This document shows positions 21,228 to 30,668 of a stretch of DNA of 64,000 nt, piece after piece. The notes beneath the pieces were generated by a model. It was given only the letters and a program-made list of their open reading frames with translations. It was not told where the DNA came from and did not search any database. The translations under genes and the position numbers were made by a program. The DNA is from Candidatus Cloacimonadota bacterium (GTDB taxonomy: Bacteria; Cloacimonadota; Cloacimonadia; Cloacimonadales; TCS61), in NCBI GenBank assembly GCA_018400535.1, contig JAGYMQ010000034.1:10137-74136 (forward strand), given 5' to 3'. The stretch's first letter is position 1. The number at the start of each line of letters is the position of its first letter.

Positions 21228-21827
21228 CTATTTAATATATTCATATCCACGGCATAGTCGAGGTTTTAACGTTTCATCTTTCTCGATAATTGTAAAATTA
21301 CTGCGTACTTTTTCCCAATTTGCCACACGGCATGAACCCCGCAGATTCCAACAATTGAAACCCTTTTTCAGCAACTGTTTAAATAAATCTTTAGAAGCTA
21401 CGATGCTGAACTGCCAGTGTTCATCGATCTGCTTCATACCTATCTGTTCATAATATTTCTGGGCAGTCTCGTCCTGAGAATACCAGATACTTTTATCGAT
21501 CCTGAATTTCTCTTTCATAAGGTTGTGAGCTTGCTCGATTAATTTTTTGCCAATACCCTGTGAGCGAAAGTCCCGATGTACTCCAAATTCCCAGACAAAC
21601 CCGGCAGGATGATCCTTCTCATCTATCTTTGCATTCATTTCGATATCGATAAAACCAACGATCTTTGCATCGTCAACAGCAACCAATTCTATTGCATCAT
21701 TTTTATATTGCGGTTTTTGATGAAGCACCGACCACCAGGCAGGTGAATCGACCATCACGCTGGCATGAACATCTAACCAGTGTAATTCATCTGATTTTTG
21801 ATATGATCGTATCGAAAATTCAGGCAT
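21228..21827 (-). CDS. GNAT-family N-acetyltransferase
   Basis: It carries the acetyl-CoA binding motif FRSQGIGKKLIEQA. It overlaps the M20 gene by 8 nt. Confidence 0.75.
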   Translation of the reverse strand: MPEFSIRSYQKSDELHWLDVHASVMVDSPAWWSVLHQKPQYKNDAIELVAVDDAKIVGFIDIEMNAKIDEKDHPAGFVWEFGVHRDFRSQGIGKKLIEQAHNLMKEKFRIDKSIWYSQDETAQKYYEQIGMKQIDEHWQFSIVASKDLFKQLLKKGFNCWNLRGSCRVANWEKVRSNFTIIEKDETLKPRLCRGYEYIK

Positions 21828-22929
21828 TCAGTAATCTCCAGAAAATATCCACTCCTATTTCGATCGCTTTTTCATCCGGAAGAAAATTGGGAGAATGCAA
21901 ACCGATCTCTTCCTGATTTTGTGACCGACAACCCAGCCAAAAAAGTAATCCAGGATATTTTTTTGCAAAAAATCCAAAATCTTCTCCTGTAAAGACTCGT
22001 TCTGTTTCGATCAATTTGTAGTCGGTTGTGGCGATATTTTTTTTTAGTTTTGCAAAAAGCTTCGGATCATTTTCTACTTCACAATAATAGGCAAGATAGT
22101 TAATTTTGTAAGAAAGATCATATTTTTTGGAAACAAAATCTGCTGTTTTTTCGATCAAATTGCGCAATTCAATTCGGTCCGCTTGATCAAAAGCTCTATA
22201 AGTTCCGTCTAATTTACATTTTGCGGCAACGGCATTCATTGCTGTTCCACCCTTCATTTTACCGAATGCAGCGATAACTCTTTTTTTTTCGGGAAATTTT
22301 TTTTTGATCTCTTTTTGGATAGTCAGATAAAAATCGGAAGCAGCAGTGAGCGCATCTTTACCGAATTCGGGAAACGCAATATGAGCGCTTTTCCCAATAA
22401 ATTCGATTTCGATTTCTTGTGTATTAGCAAAAAAAATATTTGGTTTGGAAGCAATTTCGCCAGTTTGAAAAGCGTCGCTGACGTGTAAAGCATAAGTCTC
22501 TGAAATTTGATAATCTTCAAAAATGCCAGCATCCAATAAGTGTTTTGCACCACCGCGTCCTTCTTCAGCAGGCTGGAAAATGAAAAGAGCGTTGTGCTGC
22601 AGTTGTTTCTCTGATACTTTCTGGATCAAACCCAAAAGCACGGTCATGTGAATATCATGACCGCAAGCGTGCATCATGCCAGGATTTTTAGAAGTAAAAT
22701 CAACGTTTGTTCTTTCAGAAATGGAAAGACCGTCCATATCAGCGCGAAAAAGTTTAAATGGTTTTTCGTTCACTTTGTATTCCACCAGAATTCCGGTAGA
22801 TTCAAAAGTGATGATCTTTATATTTTTAAGTTTTTTCAATTCAGACAGCAATAATTTTTGTGTCTCGAATTCTTCAAATCCCATTTCTGGTATTTTATGT
22901 AATTCTCGTCGTAATTGCAAAAGTTGCAT
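21820..22929 (-). CDS. M20D-family amidohydrolase (aminoacylase/hippurate hydrolase-like)
   Basis: MHACGHDIHMT and PAEEGRGGA motifs typical of the M20D family. Confidence 0.8.
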   Translation of the reverse strand: MQLLQLRRELHKIPEMGFEEFETQKLLLSELKKLKNIKIITFESTGILVEYKVNEKPFKLFRADMDGLSISERTNVDFTSKNPGMMHACGHDIHMTVLLGLIQKVSEKQLQHNALFIFQPAEEGRGGAKHLLDAGIFEDYQISETYALHVSDAFQTGEIASKPNIFFANTQEIEIEFIGKSAHIAFPEFGKDALTAASDFYLTIQKEIKKKFPEKKRVIAAFGKMKGGTAMNAVAAKCKLDGTYRAFDQADRIELRNLIEKTADFVSKKYDLSYKINYLAYYCEVENDPKLFAKLKKNIATTDYKLIETERVFTGEDFGFFAKKYPGLLFWLGCRSQNQEEIGLHSPNFLPDEKAIEIGVDIFWRLLNA

Positions 22930-22965
22930 TATTTCTCCATTTTTTTGGGAAAAATTATAGATAAC

Positions 22966-24687
22966 TCATTTCAGTTTTTCTAATTCTTGACGAACAAAAT
23001 CTACCAATTCACGCACATATTCAGCTGAAAAATCAAATTTGATACCGGCGGTTTCGTAAATATCTGAAACGGGAACAGTGTATCCCAAACGCAAGAAGTT
23101 CTCATAATCTTGCAACGTTTTTTCCTTACCTTTTTCTTTGTAATTACGATACATTGCCAGAGCTCCAAGCTGTGACATTCCATATTCGATGTAGTAAAAA
23201 GGAACTTCAAAAATATGCAGTTGGAACAGCCATAAATTGCGACGAAAATCTTCTAATCCTTGCCAATTCACACCAGCATTGAAGCGCTCAGACAGATTGA
23301 CGAAGAAATCATCTCGTTCTTTTATCGTGTGTTCCGGATTAAGATAGACCCAATGCTGGAAAGCATCGACAATCATACACCAAGGCAAAAATCCTAAAGC
23401 GCTTTTCAATTGATCGCGTTTTGCTTTCTTGAAATCATCTTCATCTTGATAGTATTTATCCCATTGATCCATCGTAAAAAATTCCATGCTCATCGAAGCT
23501 AATTCAGCTACTTCACTGGGCGTGTGTTTGAAAGCGTCGATTTTAATATCTTTTGTCGCAAAGCTATGCATAGCATGACCCGATTCGTGAAGTAGGGTGA
23601 CTATGTTGCGATGCAATCCGACAGCATTCATAAAGATGAATGGTGCGCCGGTTTCTTGCAAAGGATAATTATAGCCGCCGGGTGCTTTCCCTTTCCGATT
23701 TTCCAGGTCCAATAAACCGCTGTTTTTCATCTTGTTCAAATTCTGTCCAAAATCTGGTTTTACTTCGTGTAGAATAGCGATCCCTTTATCGATGAATTCT
23801 TCGATCGTCTTGAATGGCTTGAGTGTTTTGCCATCCAGATCGACTGAAGTATCCCAGGGACGTAATTCTGACAAACCCAATTTTTCTTTTCGTTCTTCAG
23901 CCAATTCTCTCAAAAATGGAGTAACTTCATTTTCCACCGCTTTGTGAAACTCGATCAGATCATCTGGCGTGTAGGAAAATCTTCCTTTCGATTGGTGCAT
24001 ATAATCGCGATAATTGGAAAATTCGGCATTTTTTGCTTCTTTGATGCGTAGTTTTTTCATTTCATCGAAAAGCTCATTGAAATGTTCTCGCTTTTCAGCC
24101 ATTTTTTTCGCTCGCAAGGTCCAAACTTCTTCGCGCACTTTTCGATCTTGTTTTTTCAGATAAGGTGCAAGCTGGGAAAGAGTTTTTTCTTCACCGTCAT
24201 ACTGAACTGTCAGTTTGGAAAATTCGGTTCCATACTTATTTGCCAGTTCTGTTTCTTGTGCTTGCAAGGGAATGTTTTCTTCCCGAAAAAGGTCAATATC
24301 ATTGGAGATGATACGATTTAAATGTTGATATTCTTTTCCTGTCAAATTTTTGCGGTAGGGACTTTCATAGAATTTACGATTGAATTTGTGATGATAAGGC
24401 TTTGAATTTGAAACAATATCGCGATAAAATTTATTAAAATTTTCAGAATTTTTTTCCTGATCAGCAAACCGCGTCATCGTGATGTAGCGCCAGGCCATCT
24501 CTTCAGATATCATGTCGGATAATTCTCCCACTTTTTCCAAAAATTCAATAAGCTCATCTTTTGAAGCGATTTCTTCGGCTACGAGTTTTTGCAGTTCTTT
24601 TTCCACATTTTCCCATTTTGTGATGTCAAGGTCTTCCGAAAAATATTTTCGGGAAGGTTTAGAAATTTTTTCTTCCGTGTAATTCAT
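22966..24687 (-). CDS. pepF: M3-family oligoendopeptidase (PepF-like)
   Basis: HESGHAMH zinc motif (HExxH). Its length and layout fit the M3B family. Confidence 0.8.
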   Translation of the reverse strand: MNYTEEKISKPSRKYFSEDLDITKWENVEKELQKLVAEEIASKDELIEFLEKVGELSDMISEEMAWRYITMTRFADQEKNSENFNKFYRDIVSNSKPYHHKFNRKFYESPYRKNLTGKEYQHLNRIISNDIDLFREENIPLQAQETELANKYGTEFSKLTVQYDGEEKTLSQLAPYLKKQDRKVREEVWTLRAKKMAEKREHFNELFDEMKKLRIKEAKNAEFSNYRDYMHQSKGRFSYTPDDLIEFHKAVENEVTPFLRELAEERKEKLGLSELRPWDTSVDLDGKTLKPFKTIEEFIDKGIAILHEVKPDFGQNLNKMKNSGLLDLENRKGKAPGGYNYPLQETGAPFIFMNAVGLHRNIVTLLHESGHAMHSFATKDIKIDAFKHTPSEVAELASMSMEFFTMDQWDKYYQDEDDFKKAKRDQLKSALGFLPWCMIVDAFQHWVYLNPEHTIKERDDFFVNLSERFNAGVNWQGLEDFRRNLWLFQLHIFEVPFYYIEYGMSQLGALAMYRNYKEKGKEKTLQDYENFLRLGYTVPVSDIYETAGIKFDFSAEYVRELVDFVRQELEKLK

Positions 24688-24950
24688 ATTTTTCTCCTGA
24701 TTAATTTTTTTTCACAAACTTTTCTTTGTAAAATATGACAAGTTTTTTCTAAATAATCTCTGAATATCATCAAATATCCAAAAAGAATAATTTTTTGCTA
24801 AAAAAAAGGATTTTGAGATTCAAGAAAAAATGTGAAAGATACTTTGGGCGAACACACTTTCACCAGATACATTGAAGCAATAAAAGAATGGCAAGTCTAT
24901 GCGATTCGTTTCAAACTTGGGAATAGAGCAGTATATGGAACTTTTTGATC

Positions 24951-24989
24951 GAAAAAACCTTCCGAAGCGTTTTCATACTTCGGAAGGTT
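24951..24989 (-). terminator. Rho-independent terminator of the aconitase-family operon
   Basis: A 12-bp stem aaccttccgaag/cttcggaaggtt is followed on the minus strand by tttttt. Confidence 0.75.
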
Positions 24990-24998
24990 AATATTTCT

Positions 24999-26774
24999 CT
25001 AATTGTTTTTGATCCAATTCACCAAACCTTTGGCGGCAAAGATCTCCATTAATTCATCGGGTAGTGGTGCAAATTCATAAGTTTCATCATTGATCTGGAT
25101 GGTGCCGTCTTCCAAGCTGACCGCAACGTTATCACCAGCTTGATATTTTTCTACGATCTCTGGTAGAACAATTATGGGTAAGCCTTGATTGACAGAAGAA
25201 CGATAGAAAATCCGATTCACAGATTTCACGATCACAGCTTTCACACCGATATGTGCCAAGCCGACTGCTGGATGCTCGCGGGAGCTTCCACAACCAAAAT
25301 TGTCTCCTGCTATGATAATATCGCCTTTTTGCACGTTTTTGGCGAAATTCTCATCGAATCCTTTAAAAAGATGCGGAATGATCGTTTCGGGTTCGGAGCT
25401 CAGAATTTTATAAGTGAGATCGCCAGCGAACATTTGATCGGTGTTCAGATTATCTACATCAGCATAATTCCAGACACCATTTTGACGTCGATTTTCATCA
25501 GTTGAAATTTCATTTGTAGCACTTTGTTCTTTTACAAAAGGATATTGATCTTTTGTGGGATTTTGGCGCGGATCGGTAATTTCTCCTGAAATAGCCGAAT
25601 GAGCTACACAGGCTGGCGAAGCAAGATAAATCTCTGCATTTTTATTTCCCATTCTGCCTTTGAAATTGCGATTTGCTGTGGAAATTACCGTGTAACCATC
25701 CGCTGGAATTCCCTGTCCTGTTCCCAGACACGGACCGCAGGAAACCGCCAGAACGCTTGCTCCAGCATTCATCAATTTTTCAGTCAATCCTTCTTCGATC
25801 ATTTGTAGATAGATTTTTTTGGAAGCTGGGATAACGAGAAGCTGGAAACCATTTGCGATCTTTTTCCCGTCCAAGATTTCAGCTGCGATACGAATGTCTT
25901 CCAGTCTTCCATTAGTACAAGTTCCGATCAAACCTTGATGGACTTTTTTGCCAGCGACTTCTGACACAGCTTTCACATTATCCACGTGATGTGGAGCAGC
26001 CACGAGTGGAAATATTTCATTCAGATCAATTTCAATTTCTCTGGAATAAACAGCATTTTCGTCTGCCCAAATACCATTTTCGATCTTGTTTCCTATAAAA
26101 TTTTCCAGAACTTCGTCTGGTGGGAAAACAGCATTTTTTGCGCCCATTTCCGAAGCGAGATTTGCCAGCGTCATTCGTTCGGAAATCGAAAGTGTTTTCA
26201 CGCCGTCGCCGTGATATTCAATGCTCATATAATTAGCACCAGCAGAACCGATCATACCGATTATCCAGAGCGAAATATCTTTGGCAAAGACGCCTTCGCG
26301 CAATTTCCCTTTCAAGGTAATTTTCATTGATTCAGGAACACGAAACCAGGTTTTCCCTCGCTTCCAGATTCCTGCTGATTCGGTGCGATCAATTCCTGCG
26401 GACAATGCGTTGAATGCGCCAGCCGTGCAGGTGTGGCTGTCGCTGCCCACGATGATCATTCCCGGTTTTGCGTGATAGCTCATCACTTGATGACAAATTC
26501 CTTCGCCCACATCGTGGAAATTTTTTATTCTTTGTTCGGTTACAAAATCACGTATCGTCTGATATTGATTTGCCAGTTTGGCGTTCGTTGGTGGTGCATT
26601 GTGATCCAAAACTACTAAAAGCTGATTTGGATCTGCAACTTTTTCACCGCCCATTTTTTGAAAAGTGCCTTTGATGCTGGCAGTGTTATCGTGTGTCAAA
26701 ACAATGTTCGGTTTTTTAAAAACGATCGAACCTGTTTTTGCTCCTAATATTTTTTCGACAAAAGTGTTTCCCAT
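24999..26774 (-). CDS. Aconitase-superfamily hydro-lyase with fused LeuC-like and LeuD-like domains (putative aconitate hydratase, copy 1)
   Basis: The large domain has GSDSHT, GTCTNGR and SCGPCLG (Fe-S ligands). The C-terminal swivel domain has GDNFGCGSSREHPA. AAGGAG RBS. Confidence 0.75.
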   Translation of the reverse strand: MGNTFVEKILGAKTGSIVFKKPNIVLTHDNTASIKGTFQKMGGEKVADPNQLLVVLDHNAPPTNAKLANQYQTIRDFVTEQRIKNFHDVGEGICHQVMSYHAKPGMIIVGSDSHTCTAGAFNALSAGIDRTESAGIWKRGKTWFRVPESMKITLKGKLREGVFAKDISLWIIGMIGSAGANYMSIEYHGDGVKTLSISERMTLANLASEMGAKNAVFPPDEVLENFIGNKIENGIWADENAVYSREIEIDLNEIFPLVAAPHHVDNVKAVSEVAGKKVHQGLIGTCTNGRLEDIRIAAEILDGKKIANGFQLLVIPASKKIYLQMIEEGLTEKLMNAGASVLAVSCGPCLGTGQGIPADGYTVISTANRNFKGRMGNKNAEIYLASPACVAHSAISGEITDPRQNPTKDQYPFVKEQSATNEISTDENRRQNGVWNYADVDNLNTDQMFAGDLTYKILSSEPETIIPHLFKGFDENFAKNVQKGDIIIAGDNFGCGSSREHPAVGLAHIGVKAVIVKSVNRIFYRSSVNQGLPIIVLPEIVEKYQAGDNVAVSLEDGTIQINDETYEFAPLPDELMEIFAAKGLVNWIKNN

Positions 26775-27173
26775 TTTTACTCCTTTTAAAAATTTAATTT
26801 TTACAATATCTACAAATTTTTTTTGCTGGAAGTACTCCAGTTATCTGGATATGGATGGCGAAGACCATTGTCCCCGTAAGGGGATTTATTATCGTAACTT
26901 TTTCATTCTGTAACCATACTGTTTATTTCCTTTCTACGAAAAATAACTGGATCATCAGGATGTTGGCCTAAAAAAGCTGGTTTTGATTTTTTTCGTATCA
27001 GAGTGCAATACATTTCTTGCGTAACTAAAAGACATAATTACACTTGTTCATGTTAAGAACCGATGATTTAGATTATCTGAGCTTTTCAAGTTAGAATTTC
27101 CAGTTTCATCAATATAGACTGGATATTTAATCACTTCTCACAGTTTAAATCAGCTATTTAATCTAAATATCAG

Positions 27174-28982
27174 TTAACTCAAAAGACCATCTCGCTGATA
27201 GATTTCCATCTGTACATCGAAGAAAGGATTTATCTTGATGGATTTTTTATTCTGCAAATTGGTCAATTCTCCTGTTTCCAGATTTAATCTGATCTTATCG
27301 CGCTGCTGCAATTCCAATTCGGATAGATCGGAATAGGTCAGGATGGGAAAGGCTGCGTTGATTGCATTACGTTCATAGATCGCACCAAAAGATTCTGCCA
27401 GGATCGCCTGCACACCGAGTGATTTGAAACAATCAACAGCTTGCTGACGCGAACTTCCTGCCCCAAAATTTTTTCCGGTAATAATGATGTCGCCTTTTTC
27501 TGCTTTTTTGGCGAAATTTTCCCAACCTTCCAGATTATCGAAAGCGTATTGTCCCATTTCTTCAATATCTGTAATGGTGAGATAGCGATTGTGAAAGATC
27601 ATATCGGTGTCAATATTATCTTTTTCGATGATCCAGATTTTTCCTTCCAGAATTTTTGCTACTTTTTTTTGTGTTGATTTTGCTGATTTTTGTGAAGAAA
27701 GGAATTTTGTTGTTTCCTCGAATTCAGCAGGAATTTCGGGAATTTTATCTGGCGTGGTGATAACGCCGGCGACAGCAGAAGCAGCAACTTCAGCTGGCGA
27801 ACCAAGATATACTTCTCCCTTTCCCTGTTTTCCAACGAAATTTCGATTTCCTGTGCTGATCGTTACTTCGCCCGGTCCATTTTGACCAACTTGTCCAGCA
27901 GCGCAGCCGGCACAACCAGCATTACTCACCAAAGCGCCAGCATCTTTGAAAATTTTGATATAACCAGCAGCCAGGCATTTTTGCCAGACTTCATCGGTGG
28001 AAGGAACGATTTTCAGAACGACGCCGGGAGCAACCTGACGATTTTCCAGAATTTTTGCAGCAATTTCCAGATCTTCAAATCTTCCATTCGTGCAACTGCC
28101 GATGAAAGCAGAGTCGATTTTCTTTCCCTGAACAGTCGTTATATCTACCGAATCATCAGGATGACCGGGACGAGAAACCATCGGTTTGAAGGTGGAAATG
28201 TCCAGTTCCAATTCTTTTGCATAAATTGCTTTTTCATCAGCAAAAACACCTTCAACTTTTTTCTGTGATTTTTCGGAACAATAATTCAAAATTTCTTCTG
28301 AAGGTGGGATCAAAACGGAGATCGCTCCCATTTCGGTTGCCATAGAAGAGATCGTGATCCTTTCATCCAAATGTAAATTGTCTATCGCTTCGCCATAAAG
28401 TTCCACGGCATATCCCAACAAGGTGTTTGCGCCGAAACGATTGAGCAGGTTCAGAACGATATCTTTGGCGGAGATATTTTCAGGACGTTTTCCAGTGAAA
28501 GTCAATTTTACAGATTTTGGAACTTTGAACCAGCTTTTTCCTGAAGACCAGGCCTTGGCGATATCTTTATCGCCCATTCCTTGACCAAAGGCACCGATAG
28601 CTCCCAGAATATTGGCGTGTGAATCGGTGGAAACGACTGTCGAACCTGGCAACGCCAATCCTTTTTCGATGACGAGATGCGTACCGATCCCGGAATTGAT
28701 ATCATAAACTTTAATGCCTTTTTCACGGGCATATTCGCGGCAGAATTGTTGATTTTCTGCATATTTTTGGTCAGAGCCGGTTGGATTACAATCGAAAGTG
28801 AAAAATGTTTTGGAAACATTATCAATTTCCAGGTCAAAATTCAACAGATTTTTCACCACATTTGCTCCACCAAAATCACGAGCTACGCGCACATCGATCA
28901 CAATGTCGATGATCTCACCTGGTTTCACAACTTCTTTTCCGCTGTGATTTGCCAGGATTTTTTCAATTAATGTTAAAGCCAT
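27174..28982 (-). CDS. Aconitase-superfamily hydro-lyase with fused LeuC-like and LeuD-like domains (divergent paralog, copy 2)
   Basis: It has the same architecture as copy 1 but diverged motifs: STDSHAN, GSCTNGR, AGCAGCAAG and GKNFGAGSSRQQAV. Confidence 0.75.
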   Translation of the reverse strand: MALTLIEKILANHSGKEVVKPGEIIDIVIDVRVARDFGGANVVKNLLNFDLEIDNVSKTFFTFDCNPTGSDQKYAENQQFCREYAREKGIKVYDINSGIGTHLVIEKGLALPGSTVVSTDSHANILGAIGAFGQGMGDKDIAKAWSSGKSWFKVPKSVKLTFTGKRPENISAKDIVLNLLNRFGANTLLGYAVELYGEAIDNLHLDERITISSMATEMGAISVLIPPSEEILNYCSEKSQKKVEGVFADEKAIYAKELELDISTFKPMVSRPGHPDDSVDITTVQGKKIDSAFIGSCTNGRFEDLEIAAKILENRQVAPGVVLKIVPSTDEVWQKCLAAGYIKIFKDAGALVSNAGCAGCAAGQVGQNGPGEVTISTGNRNFVGKQGKGEVYLGSPAEVAASAVAGVITTPDKIPEIPAEFEETTKFLSSQKSAKSTQKKVAKILEGKIWIIEKDNIDTDMIFHNRYLTITDIEEMGQYAFDNLEGWENFAKKAEKGDIIITGKNFGAGSSRQQAVDCFKSLGVQAILAESFGAIYERNAINAAFPILTYSDLSELELQQRDKIRLNLETGELTNLQNKKSIKINPFFDVQMEIYQRDGLLS

Positions 28983-29110
28983 AATTTCTCCTGTATATGT
29001 TTAAAAATTTTTTCCCACAGCTGAATTCGTGAGTGATATTCCAGATCATTTTATCCAAATTCAGCTTATGAATTTATTCGTGGGAGATTTATCAGACATA
29101 GGCAATAAAT

Positions 29111-29656
29111 TTAGATTTGCAATCTTTCTTTGAAGGGTAAAAACGTCATGAAATCCGCATGATGGACGAGATAGGCTTCGGTGGTGCGTTTCACCATATT
29201 TCCTTCTCCAGCGTGTGTGGCAATGATATGACAAACTTCAGCTGGAACATCAAATTCTTCCGCCAAAGAAACTCCGCTGAAAGGATGACGCAAATATTTT
29301 CCATAAATGCCTTGAACTGCTTTCCCTTTTTCGTCCAACACATATTCCAATAATTTTCCCACATCTGCTAAAATCGCTCCAGCGATCAATACATCCATAT
29401 TAACTTTCAATTCACCATGATAGAATTCGTTCACTTTTTCGCCAGCAGCTCTGGCAATGTGAACGACGCTGCGTTTGTGATCCATAAAAGTTACTTTTAG
29501 ATCGGGGCCTGCCAGGAGAGTGAAGGGAATAATTTTTAGGTCTTCAGCTGTAAGCACGCTTCGTTCCAAGGCAGCTTCCCATGTTTTTTTCACACTCTCA
29601 CGCAATTTTTTGTCTTTGATCCATTCAATTTCGGGCCATAATTTTACGATTTCCAT
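29111..29656 (-). CDS. HD-superfamily-like protein with an atypical metal motif
   Basis: It has an HD-domain-like layout (DHKRSVVHIA ... ILADVGK ... IATHAG ... HHADF). AD sits where the canonical HD doublet is expected. Confidence 0.55.
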   Translation of the reverse strand: MEIVKLWPEIEWIKDKKLRESVKKTWEAALERSVLTAEDLKIIPFTLLAGPDLKVTFMDHKRSVVHIARAAGEKVNEFYHGELKVNMDVLIAGAILADVGKLLEYVLDEKGKAVQGIYGKYLRHPFSGVSLAEEFDVPAEVCHIIATHAGEGNMVKRTTEAYLVHHADFMTFLPFKERLQI

Positions 29657-30021
29657 TTGAACTCCTTATTTATTTATTTGTGTATAAGATTTTTAAAATA
29701 TCTTTGTATTTTATTTTCCAGATAGGATATTGTGAACATTTTAAAATTATCTATTCGATAATAATTTAAAATTGATTTTGAATATTCTCATCAAAATATT
29801 CTTTTTTTGAATCTAAATTTACCATCATTGTTAGTGGGAATGATCAATTTGATTTGACTTTTTTCACTTTTGATTTTCATGTTGCTCAATTTTTTTACCT
29901 CACAACTTATTTCGGGATATAAAATGAACATACTCAAAATAAATTTATATATCTTGATTTCGTCAATGTCTTTTTAACAAATCTATTTGACACAACACAG
30001 GTTTTCTAAAATACAATTTAT

Positions 30022-30070
30022 GAAAAAACAAGTAGAATAGATAAATCAAAATTTACTTATCTATTCTACT
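30022..30070 (-). terminator. Rho-independent terminator ending the metabolic supercluster
   Basis: A perfect 14-bp stem agtagaatagataa/ttatctattctact is followed on the minus strand by gttttttc. Confidence 0.8.
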
Positions 30071-30100
30071 TAAATTAGTTTTTCAATTTAATATTTTTTT

Positions 30101-30655
30101 CTATTTCTTAAATCTTTTCACACCTTCTTGATAAATATCATTGCCGTTGACGTCATTAGCCACGATGCAAGGAAAATCTTCTACTTCCAATTTACGGATC
30201 GCTTCTGTGCCCAGATCTTCATAAGCGATCACTTCTGCTTTCTTGATAGCACTTGCTACGACAACCGCAGCTCCACCGATCGCTGCCAGATAAACAGCTT
30301 GATTCTTTTTCATTGAATTGATGACTTCCTCGCTGCGTGGTCCTTTTCCGATCATTCCTTTTAGACCGACATCCATCAGAGCTGGAGCGTAAGGATCCAT
30401 GCGATAACTCGTGGTCGGTCCAGCAGAACCGATCGGTTTTCCGGGAGGAGCTGGAGCCGGTCCCACATAATAAATGACAGCGCCTGCGATATCAAAAGGC
30501 AATTCTTTATTCTGTTCTAACAAATCTACAAGTCTCTTGTGGGCTGCATCGCGCGCTGTGTAAATCGTTCCCGAAAGATATACTTTATCACCGATTTCCA
30601 ATTTTGCCAGATCTTCTACTTTTAACGGAGTTCTCAATTTTATCGTTTTTGCCAT
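30101..30655 (-). CDS. Class I Fe-S hydro-lyase beta subunit (fumarate hydratase FumB/TtdB type)
   Basis: LSGTIYTARDAAHKRL and GKGPRS motifs. The ATG at 30655 is preceded by AGGAGGA, so the track start at 30712 is probably too long. Confidence 0.8.
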   Translation of the reverse strand: MAKTIKLRTPLKVEDLAKLEIGDKVYLSGTIYTARDAAHKRLVDLLEQNKELPFDIAGAVIYYVGPAPAPPGKPIGSAGPTTSYRMDPYAPALMDVGLKGMIGKGPRSEEVINSMKKNQAVYLAAIGGAAVVVASAIKKAEVIAYEDLGTEAIRKLEVEDFPCIVANDVNGNDIYQEGVKRFKK

Positions 30656-30668
30656 TTTGTTCCTCCTT

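Noticed and set aside
26775-27173. The in-frame TGA in the spacer ORF (…SMVTE-TGA-KSYDNK…) as a possible selenocysteine codon.
   Set aside because: TGA is a normal stop in this window (rsgA, mvhD and the SprA-like gene). There is no Cys/Sec redox motif around it. The only downstream hairpin (cccc-gtaa-gggg) is 4 bp and poorly placed for a bacterial SECIS. I kept the region only as a low-interest spacer observation.
29791-29880. A 29-aa minus-strand mini-ORF (MKIKSEKSQIKLIIPTNNDGKFRFKKRIF) in the AT-rich intergenic region.
   Set aside because: It has no convincing RBS at the proper spacing, and its composition is typical of random AT-rich sequence.
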